Positions 1-12,917 of a stretch of 64,000 bases of DNA are shown one piece after another; the first letter of the stretch is position 1; every line of letters starts with the position of its first letter. A program made the translations under genes and the position numbers. Origin of the DNA: Eutreptiella sp. 'Long Island Sound 2002' (lineage: Eukaryota > Protista > Euglenida); NCBI GenBank assembly GCA_964036045.1, contig OZ038379.1:2790001-2854000 (forward strand), given 5' to 3'. The notes below the pieces were generated by a model. It was not told where the DNA came from. It worked only from the letters and a program-made list of their open reading frames with translations, and did no database searches.

Positions 1-1212
1 CGGGCGGAACTGGAATTTGGGGATTGGAAGAAACTTATTGTGGCAGGACCCACTATTGGGTCGGTGGCTGGTGCACGTGGTACCCAGTGCGTCTACGTGG
101 AGGCGACTAAGGATGATATTCCCCACAGCCAGGACATCATCCAAATCGCCAACGGAGGTACACCAGTTATTGTACTGGGCCGCGGCACCGTCGTCCAAGA
201 TTGGTTAGACCAGAATTGTACTGATGGAGCCTCGCAGGCTAACAATTTCCGGACTGTAAGTACTATTTACTTGGGGTCAGCTGAGGAACGGCAGTTGTTC
301 CTCCCTGACCCAAAGCAGACAGGTCTTGCAGGTTCCCTGGTGATGGCCATTTTGAGCCCTAAGGCTATGGTCCTCCCTAGTTACATTGGGAGTCAACTAG
401 GTTTGCGGGCCAGTGTCATGGCCTTCCCCGTGTTGAAACTGGGGTTGAAGCCCGATCTCAATCAGGGGAATTTTCGGTGCTTGGCACTGGCCTTGAACCC
501 AGGGCGAACAGATGGTATGCTTTTGACTGCCAGTTTGGCAGATGAGTTTCCCCGTTGGCAGATTTCTGTGGTCAGTGAGCCACATAATTTGTCACATTTT
601 GACCACAATCTGGCGACTGCCACATCCAAGTATTATGGGACTGTGTCTGCAGACCTGGCCCATGAGGTAACACTTTTGTGCAAGGGCCAGGTTCTGGATG
701 ACCAGAACATTGCTGTTCTTAGTGTGGAGGAGAGGGCAGCCCAGCGTAGGCGTGTTGGCGAACTGGTCGCCCAGCATAAGAGGGAGCAGAAGAGGAAGGC
801 CCAAAGGGAAAAGGCTGAGACCAAGAAGGCGGTAAAAACCGCCCTGCAGGGACGAAAAACACAGAAGGCTGCCCAGAGTAGTGGGGCAGCCCTGGAGACT
901 GCTGCAGTTGCAGCCCCATCAGATGAAACAGGTATCGTGGGCAACAGTGCCCAAACTCCAAGTAAAGCAGCAGCAGCTAGGCAGGATGCAGCTGACATTG
1001 TCGCTGCAAAGGCAGGTACCCCTGCCAAGGCAGGGACCAGTATGGGGAGCGGTACCGCCTCCCCAAGCAGCAAGAAGAGGCTAGCCAGGGCCCCAGGGCT
1101 TCGGTCTAAGAGGCCTAAGCTTCCAGCAGTTGCCGAGCCTGCTGCACATGGGGATAGGGCTGAGGTTCTTGGTACCACTGAGTTGGAGGCCCTCTTTGTC
1201 GGGCTGCCGTAG
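1..1212 (+). CDS. 3' exon (truncated by the window start) of the orphan 771-aa gene carried by the giant TIR element; Lys/Ala-rich low-complexity C-terminus
   Basis: Near-identical to 51802..53013; the frame is open from position 1. Confidence 0.75.
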   Translation, partial: RAELEFGDWKKLIVAGPTIGSVAGARGTQCVYVEATKDDIPHSQDIIQIANGGTPVIVLGRGTVVQDWLDQNCTDGASQANNFRTVSTIYLGSAEERQLFLPDPKQTGLAGSLVMAILSPKAMVLPSYIGSQLGLRASVMAFPVLKLGLKPDLNQGNFRCLALALNPGRTDGMLLTASLADEFPRWQISVVSEPHNLSHFDHNLATATSKYYGTVSADLAHEVTLLCKGQVLDDQNIAVLSVEERAAQRRRVGELVAQHKREQKRKAQREKAETKKAVKTALQGRKTQKAAQSSGAALETAAVAAPSDETGIVGNSAQTPSKAAAARQDAADIVAAKAGTPAKAGTSMGSGTASPSSKKRLARAPGLRSKRPKLPAVAEPAAHGDRAEVLGTTELEALFVGLP

Positions 1213-1425
1213 TGTACATTACGGTGATACATTACATTGACTACACTACATTGATTATGTTCATACTCCATTACCAGACAGTTGTGCGTTATGGTTATCC
1301 TCCGTTTTTGGGAGCGATCAAACTGTATGAACACATGGGGCACAAATTGAACTGTTTTTCTACCTATTGCTTGCCCGTTTCCTTTTGGGGTGTTCCATTT
1401 TTTGCGCCTCAAGCGCCGTAGATTT

Positions 1426-1447
1426 TTTACGGCGCTTCAGCCGTAAA
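1426..1447. repeat. 22-bp palindrome TTTACGGC-GCTTCA-GCCGTAAA (degenerate second copy just upstream, ~1401-1422)
   Basis: Read directly; member of the palindrome family. Confidence 0.9.
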
Positions 1448-1839
1448 CAGCATGCGTCAATGACATGGAAGATGAAACAGTTCCGTTGGCATTCCATTAC
1501 AAAATTTGGTGAAATTTCATAATTTTTCCACAGTGAGATGCTAAGTCGATTGCATACATCAGAAAGGGGTGCAGGATAAATAGGTAATAGCTTCATACCT
1601 AGCAGTTGACGTGACATTTTTTTTCACTGCCTGCTAATACACGTCAAATCGAAAGGTGACTCTTTTTCACACAAAGTGGTATGTGTTAGTTGGATACTGC
1701 AAGCCACCTGTAAGCACGGTGATCTGCACATCAATGCTCAGCAAGGATCTTTGTCACCCCCCTTTTCTGTAGAATTTTTGTCGTATTTTGTGTTGCATTT
1801 TGACGTAACTTGGGGCACGTTCGTTTTAGGGTACATTTT

Positions 1840-1861
1840 TTTACGGCTCCGGCGCCGTAAA
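1840..1861. repeat. Subterminal 22-bp palindrome TTTACGGC-TCCGGC-GCCGTAAA
   Basis: Read directly; ends 138 bp inside the outer end of the right TIR (1999). Confidence 0.9.
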
Positions 1862-1971
1862 TTTTCGCAAACAAGTGAAATCTGCTGCAAACCCCCATGT
1901 TTTCACGATGTGCTCGCGTTTTTGTACGTTTTTGGGGCATTTACGGCACCTGCATTTTGGGGGGGACTGCC

Positions 1972-2004
1972 GGCAACCTTGCGAATAGTGCACCCCAAGA
2001 CAAA
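1972..2004 (-). mobile_element. Right TIR (1972-1999) plus TSD ACAAA (2000-2004) of the preceding copy of the giant element
   Basis: GGCAACCTTGCGAATAGTGCACCCCAAG is the exact reverse complement of 25779-25806 and is followed by ACAAA. Confidence 0.75.
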
Positions 2005-2344
2005 AACAACGTTCCAAATTCTGTCCAGTGATGTGCTGATGGACACCAATTGCTTTGCAGTTGGATGTCCCCAGTAGAACACCTGGCTCATCGCTGGACA
2101 TCCGAACGTAGATCTGAGGCGAATGTAATAATATGGCCCTCAATTGTCCAAAAAAAATGGGCGAATGGCAGGAAAAGCGCGATCCAATGGGATTCCTGTG
2201 GCAGTTCCTTCTGCTCATTCTGCTGGGCGCTGCGACCCAATTCTGTTTGTTAGGCTGTGAATTCCAGCCATGGCTAATGTTGCTGTTCCTGGCATGGCCT
2301 GTTAAGGGCAAGGTGTAGCCCCAAAGAGTCATCCAGAGGGGAGT

Positions 2345-3706
2345 GTGACAGCAAGCATGATGCAGCATGCTAGGTATTTTGGCAGTCATGTCCCTACCTC
2401 TCTTGCAGCGCAGTCTTTTACAATGCGGAACGCAACAGTGATGGGATTTCTTCGCTTGCCTTTTGAACTTGTGGAGGAGGTAGCTGCATGGCTGTGGTCG
2501 GATGTCCTGAGCATGGTTTGCCGCTGGCTGCGGAGACTTGGCAGGAGATACGTGAAGATGAAGTGTGAGACCCACAGAGCCATGGCAGTGTTACAGTCTG
2601 CAGCCCCGACACTACGAGTGTTGATTATTTATGTGGACCCTGGTGTGGGCCCTTCAGCATTTGCTTGCCAGAGTGTTGCAACCATACTGCAACAAATTGG
2701 ACCACACGCACGGCATCTCCACACGTTGATACTTCCCCGGGAACTCAGAGGTTCAGTCATGAGCGCTGCCCCCCACCTTCAAAACATGGTCCGACTGTCC
2801 GATCTGCGCATAGACGTGTCACACAGGGCTCAGGAGCCTCGGCTGGTGGGGGCTGAACGCTTCTCTGCCCTGAAGGCTCTTCCTCATCTGCGCAATTTGT
2901 ACCTCAATCTCTCTGGCAACAAGCTTGGTGACACTGGTGCTAAAGCACTGGCAGAGTTGCGTGAGGCTCCGCTGTTGCACAAGCTGCGCCTTGATTGCTC
3001 AAAAACCAAAGTGGGGGATGTTGGTGCCAAAGCACTGGCAGAGTTGTGTGAGGCTCCGCTGTTGCACAAGCTGCACCTTGATTGCTCAAAGACCCAAGTG
3101 GGGGATGTTGGTGCCAAGGCTTTTGCCACTCTCGGGCGTGCCTGCAAGCTCAAAGTTTTGACGCTTAGCCTGGACCACACCTGGGTGGGTCCGTCAGGTG
3201 CTGGAGCACTTGGCCTGTTGAAAGACTGCCCGCGGCTGCGAAGCTTGAAACTTAATCTTTCTTACACGACAGTGAAAGACACCGGGGCCGCTGGACTGGC
3301 AGCTCTTGCAGCTGCCCCAAGACTCCGTTCGCTGGAGCTAAATTTGGAAGGATCGGACCGAGGACCCAAAATCTCAGACAAGGGAGCTCAGGCCCTCGCA
3401 GGGCTACACAAAGCAAGATGTCTTCGTTCCCTTGATCTGAACCTGAGGTTCAATAAAGTCAAGGATGAAGGCGCCAAATGTTTGGCTCTCCTCGGTGCAC
3501 CACAGCTGCACAGCCTCCGTTTAGACCTTGCGGGAAATATGATTGCGTCCAGTGGTGCCAGCGCCCTTGTTGACCGCAGCACTGTCCTGATGCCGAGGAT
3601 ATTCGTCCTCCACTTGGAGAGAAATAAGATTTCCCACAGCACGCAAGTGAGTTTGGAGGCATTGCATGTGGAAGGCTTGAAGTTGGACGTCTCACAGCAA
3701 CGTTGA
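2345..3706 (+). CDS. F-box-like plus ribonuclease-inhibitor-type leucine-rich-repeat protein (likely start ATG 2441)
   Basis: N-terminal LRLPFELVEEVAAWL..VLSMVCR motif; about ten ~28-aa LRRs of the form LxLxLxxNxxGDxGAxAL; uninterrupted 453-codon ORF. Confidence 0.9.
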   Translation: MTASMMQHARYFGSHVPTSLAAQSFTMRNATVMGFLRLPFELVEEVAAWLWSDVLSMVCRWLRRLGRRYVKMKCETHRAMAVLQSAAPTLRVLIIYVDPGVGPSAFACQSVATILQQIGPHARHLHTLILPRELRGSVMSAAPHLQNMVRLSDLRIDVSHRAQEPRLVGAERFSALKALPHLRNLYLNLSGNKLGDTGAKALAELREAPLLHKLRLDCSKTKVGDVGAKALAELCEAPLLHKLHLDCSKTQVGDVGAKAFATLGRACKLKVLTLSLDHTWVGPSGAGALGLLKDCPRLRSLKLNLSYTTVKDTGAAGLAALAAAPRLRSLELNLEGSDRGPKISDKGAQALAGLHKARCLRSLDLNLRFNKVKDEGAKCLALLGAPQLHSLRLDLAGNMIASSGASALVDRSTVLMPRIFVLHLERNKISHSTQVSLEALHVEGLKLDVSQQR

Positions 3707-4018
3707 ACGCCGTTGTTGCTGTGTTGTATCATGGCATGTATGGGCCACGGGTTGTCCTCTTGTTTCCTTGTTTGTCCTCCTCCACGGGGAGCAATGGGGA
3801 GCAATGTGGATTTTCGGGAATCGTGGGCTGGCGCCAAGGGCTGCTCAAGTCCACTGCGGCTGTTGCTCATTGGAAGCTGAACTTGGGGGCACACAGAAGT
3901 CATCTCCGTCGCCGGTGTGGGACTGCCTCTGTGGCAGGCTGTGCACAGGTCAGGCAGTGGAGTCGCAAGTGCATCACCGGCGTCAGGCCCGTGAGCCCGG
4001 ACTACCAGGACTCAGTGG

Positions 4019-4532
4019 ATGGGGGCCCTTGAGAGACTCCAGGTTAGGGTTACTCGGCTGTTGGGCAGGCGGCCTTGTGCCGCGTGCCTGTGTGAGCTGA
4101 CTGCAGGCGATGGGCTGGGTGTTTGGTGCAGCTGGTTCTCCGGTTGCTTAAAGGCTGCCGCTGCGGCCCTGTTGCTGATCACAGGCAGACTTTTGCTCCC
4201 ACGCTGCAGATTGGACATCGTCAGGCCGACCGCCCTGAGGTCATCCTGCAGAGGCAGAGATACAAAGCTCGGGAGTAGATGCCGTAGGGGTACGAGGCGT
4301 TTGAAGTTTTTCCAACACATTTATTGGACCCTGTGCTTGTGTGCTTGAGCAATTTTTCGATGTCGCTTTTCTGTCACCCTCCCCCCCCTGGCTTGCCGTA
4401 GCGCCCGCTGGCGACCATGGAGCGTTTCAGGATTGGATGCATTTGAAGGCTTTTTTCTGGTTTGCAACGAGCCTGTGCTGCAAAGCATTCGGTGTGTAAG
4501 GCTTGAAGTTTGACATATCACAGCGACAATAA
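4019..4532 (+). pseudogene. Decayed tandem paralog of the LRR gene
   Basis: 4485-4532 translates AFGV*GLKFDISQRQ* versus ALHVEGLKLDVSQQR* at the end of the intact gene; degenerate LRR-like text (AAAAALL..RLDI, DTKLG) lies upstream. Confidence 0.6.
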
Positions 4533-7500
4533 GTACCGTTGTTGGAGCCTTTTAAGATTGGACGCATTCGGAGGACTGTCTGGAGTTTATGCTCTCTCGT
4601 ATCATCACAGCTTTGGCACAGTGGTGCCAACGGGGCTCACGGCTCGGAACATGGCGAATTTGGCTGGTCGACTGGTCCCTGGTGAGGGCACACAGGCCCA
4701 GCCGTTGCTTTCATGAGTTCTCCTTCCGAACGTCTCAACGGCATTGGCCCTACGTCAATGTGGTGATCCACAGCATGTGACCTTGGCTCCTACGAAGGAC
4801 GGGTGACCCCCCCCCCCCCCCCACCCAAGCCAGGGTTGCCTCCGTCAATTCACTGGGGGCACTGGGACTGCATGGGTCGGAACGGGCATGGGCCCAGGGC
4901 GGGGGGGGGCGGGGTCGCCCCACCTGCCCTAGGCGACGGCGGTGATAACTGACAGTTAACTGCTCCAAACCAGTTCGCCAACGCACCCCCCAACCCCATG
5001 CCCAACCGCACCTGGCATTGTGGTCTCAGCCTCCATCCCTGCCAATGCATCCCTGCCTCAAGGGCATTTGTCCCCCCCACCCCCCTGATGATCCCACAAG
5101 CGTCGAAACAGATCGGTCAATTTTCGTTTGGTTTGCTGAAAATTCCTGCCACACATTGACCCCCCTCCCCCCCCCTGCTTGTGCACATTTGTGTTGGATT
5201 GTCTTTTGTGTAGGTTTTCGGAAGCTCACTGAGCTGCTGCTGCCTCTGTGTTTGTGTTCTGCTTCATGCAATATACTCAAGCAGCCGCCCCTGATGCTGT
5301 GCCCAATTGCTGCAGCTGCCGTCTCCTCGAGCCCTCTCCTAAGCTGCTCAGGGCACATTTGAAACTCATGATGCAAACTCATTTCGACGGATTTCCACCG
5401 ATGGCCAAACAGCAGTTTGTCGTTACTACTTTGTACTACTGCGCTGGACCCTGAGCACTCCGGTACCCCCCCCCCTTTCCAAACACGGCGTTGTCCAAAC
5501 ACGCTGCCCCCGTTTTTCTGCACTTTTTGAACCATGATTTTTGCGATTCCTACTAAGCAACGCGCGCGGCCTTGTTCAAACACGCTGACCCCGTGTTTCC
5601 GCACTTTTCAGTCTGGCATGGCGTCAGCACCATGCTGGTTAACCTGACATCATGGCCTCAGCTTGCACAAAAACTTCCTCCGGGCAAAAACCAAATTTTA
5701 TAGAAGAAAATTTGTTCGGACGCTTGAATGCTCAAGGGGTGTAGGGTTGGATTGGAGTATTGGAGTATTGGAGTGGAGTCGGGTGGTTGCGGAACCAACG
5801 GAACCTCATACTGACTCATGGGGTCATCTTTCAGGGCCTCGCAATCAGGTGGTGGTGAAACCAGTGGGACCGCATAGAGGTCCTGTGTGTCACTCATATG
5901 CTCTGGTGAGAGGCACGGGGAGGAGGTGGGTGGGGACGAGGGGTCGGAGATCCAAAGGTTTGTGTACAAGTGCAGCTGACCAGTCCAAGGGTGCAACAGT
6001 GCTTCGAACAGCCAGGTCAGGCCAGAGGACGATTGCAGGAACCCTTTCCTGCACACACCACCATGGTGTACAGCATGGCTCCTATGAGTGCGCCCCCCCA
6101 TCAACAGGGTGCCATCGTGGGACATGGACAGACGGCCCGTGAACAAACCTAACCGTTTGTGCTGACGGAACCTCTTGCCATACAGGCGAGGTGCTCACGC
6201 CATCAATATATTTCCTCGCTGAAGGGGGTCCGGATAGAAGTATGGCCCCGAGCCCATGGTCTATAGCTGCTCAATATTACGCCCCCCAACCTCCTCTCCT
6301 TCTAATGCAACCCTGCCCAACAACCCAAGCACCTGACAGGGCATGGTTTTCTCTGTGATGCCGGTCACGGCGGTGCCCTTGCGGGAGCGCAGCTGGGCAC
6401 AAACTCTTAACAGTGACAGCGTCCCTGGCCTTAGTCTACTTCTTTGCGAAGATAGAGGGTAGGCTGTTTGGACCAGTTGTACCCAACACAAATGGTCTCA
6501 GCGCTTGTTGAGCAGGGTAGCACTGCACCTCACAATGGCGGACAGTTCAAAATTACCAAACAGGGTGGGGTATCCCTCTTTGCGTCAAGAATGCTTCCCA
6601 GTGTCAATCCGAGAGTCTGGTGTTATATTATACTTGTTGCTTTATCCCGGGCTGATGCTCGAGTGTCAGTGAGACCTATCCTGACATGGGAAAAAAAATA
6701 AAAATAAGAGGGTGGAGTAGTGTCCCAGTAATCACTGTGTCACCGTGAACAGATACCAACAGTGATACAGTACCTCTGTCGTATTGCGTGCTTCGTTCCT
6801 GGAGTGCCAATGGTAGTGCTAGACTCCTGCTCGCCTCGGAGCAGGAGTTGCTAGCTTTCTGGCGTGATGATCTGGAAACCTCTACAGAAGTTTGGGGCTG
6901 AATTCCGGCAGTGACTTGCCACTGCCTGCGGACCGACACTCTTGAGTGTTGTACAGTACTTTTGTACCAGCGCGTTGCAACGGAAAAGCAATTGGGCCAG
7001 CCTTTTATTAAATTTCGCAGCTACTTTCACTTGTGCCTTTTCCTTGGCTTTGCACTTTTGGGCATGGCAATAGCCCACTGCGACTCAAAGGTGACAAGTG
7101 TCTGTTGCAGTTTTAGTGAATGGTACTACTGCCTTGGCGGTCTCATGTATGCACATGCAGAACTTACCTAAGTCCGGCATGCCAGAGTTTCTTGCTCTCA
7201 TGGCAATGTGAGGACTTCATCCACAACCGCTCTCTGAGTCTGAGGGAAAAAGCCCAACACCGCGACTCCCTAAGCCGTTCAACATGCATTCCTCCCCTCT
7301 CATATACATGAATGCAGGATCACTCATGTAACATCTTACCGGACATCTCATTCCGGTCTAATGACCGAGCTTTTGCAAGGGACACGTAAGTCTGAGTACC
7401 AAAAATGCAACAGGGATTCAACGCCAACAATGTGAACAGATCCACTGACGCATCACTGATCGTGCCGCCAGCATGGGTGTGGGAAGGCGAGGTAAGTGAC

Positions 7501-9660
7501 AGCTACTGGCTGGAGAAACCCCTGCCCCAACTGTACATTCATACCTGTTGTACATTCCTTTGCGTTGTTGACGCGTCTGTTGGCACCTCCTTGTACTTTG
7601 TACCTGGACAAGTCGAATCACATGTGGACCATGAAGATACTTCTGCAATGCCCTCCAGTTTCTTATGCACTTTTGTGCAGGCTACTGGGTGCTCAGATGG
7701 CCCAACTCTTGAGGGGTAGGTGATACACAGGCGTGGCACTGCATAAATTCCCACTGCATAAATTGGTATCCAAGTCAGCTCATCCTCACTACTTGTCAGA
7801 TCTGCTACCACAGTCATTTGTGGGATTATCGTCAGTGAGCGGGCTATGCCAGCTCATCTTGGTCTGTCCCCCACAAAACAATTGACACATAGATGATAAA
7901 TGGGGAGGTCAGGGTTCTAAACGCACCACCGCCATTTCTTCGCATCCATTTCGTTGCTGCCGCCAATTACACACTCATTTCGGAGTCTCCTGTGGGCAGA
8001 CTATAGACTGGAACAAAACCAAACGTGCACATTCATGGTGGTCGTTGCAGAAGCACGTGGATACCAGGGCAGTGCCACAAAATGCGCCATTTGACCAGGA
8101 AGTGGGGATGAGGTGATGAGGGGGGATTCACCTCCTGGTCAAAAGGCGTTCTACTTGCTGTTCAAATAAACATTGCTGGTCGTTGCGCAACTGGGGGTCA
8201 CAATTTCGCCTCTGTGGAAGATGAGGGAAAATTCCCCTGCGAAACATAGGGACTTAGGGTGCTGCACTACTGGTACATGTGAAGATTTGTCTGGCTATAA
8301 CGGCGGGTGAAGATTTCGTTTTCATGTTTGAGTCCCCAAAAAATTGCGAGAGGGGCAGGGGTTGGAGCACCTTCATCATTTCGTCAATGATGGCCAAGTG
8401 CCATCCCCGAGGTTTCAAATTAGTCACTGGGGAGAAGAAGAGACCACAGAACCAGAACCTACCATCGAAACCCGAACCTTGCGAGGCATTCCATCCATCA
8501 AATTTCGTTGTGAACCAAGGAGAGACTTGTGAAAGGGAGTGCACCGTGCACTGTAAGAAAACGTATACGCCATTCTCTCTTTGTTCCTTGGAGAAGTCGT
8601 AGTTGAATGGTTCGTGTAGGCAGAATTGAAAGATGGGGATTGCCATGTTGGACGAAGGCCACAAAGCAAACGTCACAAGGGGGTGTGCCATGCGTTCATA
8701 GCCTGTGTATCCATGCTATGTGATAACTGTTGAGCCTGTGCCCGTTAGGTTTTGTATTGTGTTCACATGCTTCCTTCTCCACACGGATCCTCAGTTCCCA
8801 GGACAATCTAATTTTCGGGGGTGCTCGCCACCACTGATTTAGGAAATACAACACAGGCCCAGGGTGTTCTAGAGCACCAAATGTGACATATCAGTGTTGC
8901 GCAGCATTGCAAGGCATTTGGCCAGATCGGAAAAAGTAAGGGTGGTTTGGCCCTGTAGTTCGTGGGTAGGGCCGCCCGTCCCTTTGTGTGGGCCGTGGAA
9001 CCCCCAAGAGTCTGAACTCAATGTTAAAATGTGTCATTTTGTTCAAACCTTACACTTGTTTCTGCTTTTTTGAATGGCCCATGCAGTTCTGATCATTTTG
9101 AGGAAGGGGTGAACGAGAACATTCACTTGCAAATGCCACCAAAACTTCAGGCACCTGCGGCACCAGGATTTGGACAACCATGGTCAGGTATGGTAATTGG
9201 AGGCCCCCAGGAAGTGGGGGGCTTGGTATCTGAACACTAGGGCGTTCCTGCCATCATCATGAAATAAGCAAAATGGAGCTAGGGGAGGGTTCGGAATGAG
9301 CAGATGAGGTGCACCATGAGGGCCAGCTGCGAGAATGCTTCCCCACTCACGTCTGCCGCGGCGTGGTGGTACCCATCAGTTGCATCGCACCACTTAACGT
9401 GTGTTAGGATTTGGCAGCAGTCCAGGCGCACTGATCGAAAGCATGGAAAAATCAAAAGAGCCAGTGGAAATCTGCAAGATAGTGGCCGTGTATTTTTTTT
9501 GGGGAGAGGGAGTAAATTGGAAAGGTAGGTGGGGTGGGTTGTGGGCTGGTTTGGATTTTTTTTGGGTGGGCACCATATGCATGCTTGAATAAGGTGAATT
9601 AGTCTGCAAGAGTAACCAACATTTTCAAAAGATTACCCAATTGTATCACGGACCTAAGGG

Positions 9661-11400
9661 TTTGTCCAAGGACATGTATACGCGGAGATCAAGGATTATT
9701 ACAACATCAATGAAACGAAGTCAAATCTTACGGATCTCTTTATTTGTAAAGGTTGAATTGTGTCGGAAGATGACATCGTTCGCACACAATAGTCCACTAT
9801 AAAAAGTACATGACATTTTCTTTCAATCACAAGCGGATATATATAGCAATTGCAATTGAGGCAAGACCACGCAACTGAAACACATCAAGTAGGTCAAGCA
9901 AACTTGGCAATGTTTGGCAGATCCTTAAGCAACAAGATTACTAGATGCTTGGCACAACTGAGAAATCACATTGAAAATCATAAATGGAGCTGTGCATCCA
10001 CAAATTTTACTCGCACTACATGTTTGCAGTGCGGCGGTGATGCGAAATAAGAGTCCAGCGGCGTCGCCGTATAAATGCAGTGTGTGCGCACACAAAAAAG
10101 AAGTAGCAAAACAAATTGAAAATAATTAGAGCGCCAAGTTTTCTTCTTTCTTTGGAGGCTTATGCCCTAATACTTCTGAACACAAATGGTAAATGTACCA
10201 GGTCTAATGCGAGCACGCATGTTGTGGGAGCACAGACCCCCAGTGATTTGAGTGATTGATTTTTGATTTTGAAAGTGCTAAGAGTTTCCCGGAAATTTTT
10301 ACAGATGAAAATCAAATTGTGAATAGGTTTGGGGTCACAAGAGTATAGCACTTTGTGTGTACTGCAGACTCGTGTTGAAATGATGTTTTGAAGCATTCAT
10401 CTTCATGTACTATGACATTTGGTAATCAAGAATGAAGGGGTCGAGTTACATACGGGATCAAGAAGAAATTCAATCCAAAAGAAGATTAGAGGTTTTGAAG
10501 GATTTTAGCGCAGAAAAGTTTTGTGAGAACCGCCCCCGCCAACCTCGTTTTTGTAAATTGCCCAATTATTAAGCCGAGAACAACAACAGATAGTAGCAGT
10601 AAACATTGCCATAGAAATTGAAATTGCCGTAGAGTTTTATTGAACATTCTTTGGACATTCAAAATCACTTCGCAAGTAGAACACAATTGTACAATCTCCA
10701 GGTTTTCGGTGTAGGGAGAACAGAGGGAGGGGGGGGTGGGGGCAGTGGCACTTACACAACCTTGTGCAGCCTTGTGTGGGCATTGTTCTAGAATACATGC
10801 GGACAAAATATGATGGACAAAGCACAATAAATAATTCTTCGACAACAATATCCTGGACCCTGAGAAACAAACTACAAATCATTTGTAGATGCAAACTCCG
10901 CACTATCTTATTTCATTCACCATGCGCCAAAGTTTGAACAACTACCTTGGTACCTTTTTTTTGTTCCGCGCGAGCATATGAAAGAAGCCATCCCATACAA
11001 AGAGGCAACAACTTAGAAAGATTTGATTTGTGGAGAGAAAATAATGTAGTATGAGTGCTTGTGCATTATAAGAGGAAGCCGAAAGACACCGTTGCAGAAA
11101 GTCACTTTTGTCGTGAGTAAAGTCGTGGCCCTCCCAAGACAATATCTTCGAAAGTGGATATGGCGGCGATTGACTTTGGAGTACACAAATAAGGCAAAAA
11201 CACCCAGTAGAGGTAGAAAATCAAGCAAAATCAATATGTTGAAGAGACAAACAAGACGTAGGGTTTTCTACTTTGAGGGCAAAAATCTGGTTTGGAGAGG
11301 ACCTTTTGACTTTAGAGAACATCTACTTTGCAAGAAACTTTGTAATGGTGTGACTCTAAGCCACTAAAAACCAAGAAATTACTCCCAAAATCTTCAAAAT
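9661..11400 (+). pseudogene. AT-rich, heavily decayed coding-like region of unknown (TE or viral?) origin
   Basis: From 9661 one frame reads as protein-like text broken by scattered stops (FVQGHVYAEIKDYYNINETK...TCLQCGG); CxxC motifs are present; base composition is clearly more AT-rich than the flanks. Confidence 0.35.
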
Positions 11401-12917
11401 AGAGCAACCTCTATGGTGCATAACAAAAAAAAGAAGAGGAAGTGTGACTTAGAACACCCAAAAACCTACATGAAATCAAATGGTGTACCGTTTACCAACG
11501 CTGTCTTTCGGCTCCGCTCTGTATAGCACTTGTGGTGAAATATGCAAAAGTGCCTAGCTTTCGGTGTTCACGGCCTATGGGTTGTTGGATACTTCGTCGT
11601 CAAATGACTACTGATGATCTTGAAAAGTACGAGGAATGTTCAACTCCAACGCAACCTTTTGTTTACCTCTCAATTCTAATTTCTAATTAATCAAAAGCGG
11701 TCCGTCCAATAACTAGTAAGTGGCCCATTAATCGGTCTATTCATCTCACAGGTTGCTTTTTTCAGAGCAAAAAGATAGTTGATCAACACATTTGACACAA
11801 AAATCTACCAGTAAATTCCTATTTTACTTAGTGCAAAAAATTTTCCTTGGGCACAATCCAAGGAAGCCTTTGCTGCATAAACTTGTGATGAATTTGAACC
11901 TGGCTAAGCTTGTAAACACCTGCTGCTTTTTCAGCGAACTTCGGCTTGCCAAAAACTCTTGTTCAGCCCATGGCTAGGCCGCGTTGGTGCATTATGTTGG
12001 CACAGGACAACCATGCAAAAACCAAACCTGCACTTAACGACAAAGTTGTATCTAAGGTTCAAAATTGCTTTCATGTAAAATAATCGATTATTACCAAGTA
12101 TTTCTGAGAAAATAACCAATTGTTCCGATTATGGTGCATCAAAATGATCAGCTTTTTCCCATTATTGCTCTCTTTCCAGATAAACAATTGGTGGCAAAAA
12201 ATTTTACTTTTTGAAAAATTGGAAAATACAAGCGAAGTAGAAAGGTGAAGACTACACAAAAAAGTCGGTTTCTTTTAAATACACGCATGCATGTGTGAAT
12301 GCGAATCACTTTTTTCCATACATAAGAAATAACCTAGTGTATGGATAAAAGAATTATTGGCCATTTCTAATTTGTCCGATCAATTGGTTAGAAACAATTG
12401 TGAAAATAAACGGTCGTGTCGATTACTTTCCGAATCACCTCCAATAATTGCCGATGATTGGTTTTTCCGATTATTTGGTGAAATAAGCTCCGAACCTTAC
12501 TTGCGGCAACATACCAGTGCGTAGTGCAAGGATTACTCAAAGGAACGGTTTGATGGGCAAGCATCCACACAACAAACATAATTGTTACCGGGAGCAGGAG
12601 CCTCACGTCACACAAGACACGTACATGTTTCTCCGCATTTTGCATCTCATGTGTGAGATGCTTGGGGGGGGGGGGGGGGTCGGCTTTGTGCTTCACCCAT
12701 GCATCTTACTCCTAAAAGTGATTTGTTTCCAAGGGATGATTTCTAATGCTGATTGTTAGGTCTCAATTTTTGCCACAACACAGCTTGTGGCGTGTTTGCT
12801 CAATGCAGCCTTCAAACAAGGTTTTCGATTTCCGCTCAGTAGGATTCTTACGGACACATTACTTCTTAGACGGCCGAAAGTGGTACACTTTTTACCGGGG
12901 ATGGCGGCCGCTTTGTG

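Larger units (their letters stand above)
1..12205. repeat. Copy 1 (visible part) of a large direct segmental duplication, period ~51.8 kb
   Basis: Position 1 aligns with 51802. ORF offsets are 51801 (1212/53013, 2345/54146) drifting to 51795 (11792/63587). Only scattered substitutions and small indels differ, e.g. GPTIG/GPTFG and HLRNL/HLCNL. Confidence 0.97.

Noticed and set aside
633-1412. 259-aa minus-strand ORF (and its copy 52434-53213)
   Set aside because: Antisense shadow of the Lys/Ala-rich exon.
5491-5608. Two ~37-bp related repeats 81 bp apart
   Set aside because: Short degenerate duplication with no further structure.
6818-6855. 10-bp stem hairpin (ACTCCTGCTC/GAGCAGGAGT)
   Set aside because: Isolated and expected occasionally by chance; no U-tract or gene context.
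7200-8700. GTAAGT donors and short ORFs suggesting a spliced gene
   Set aside because: I could not assemble a consistent frame or recognise a product.
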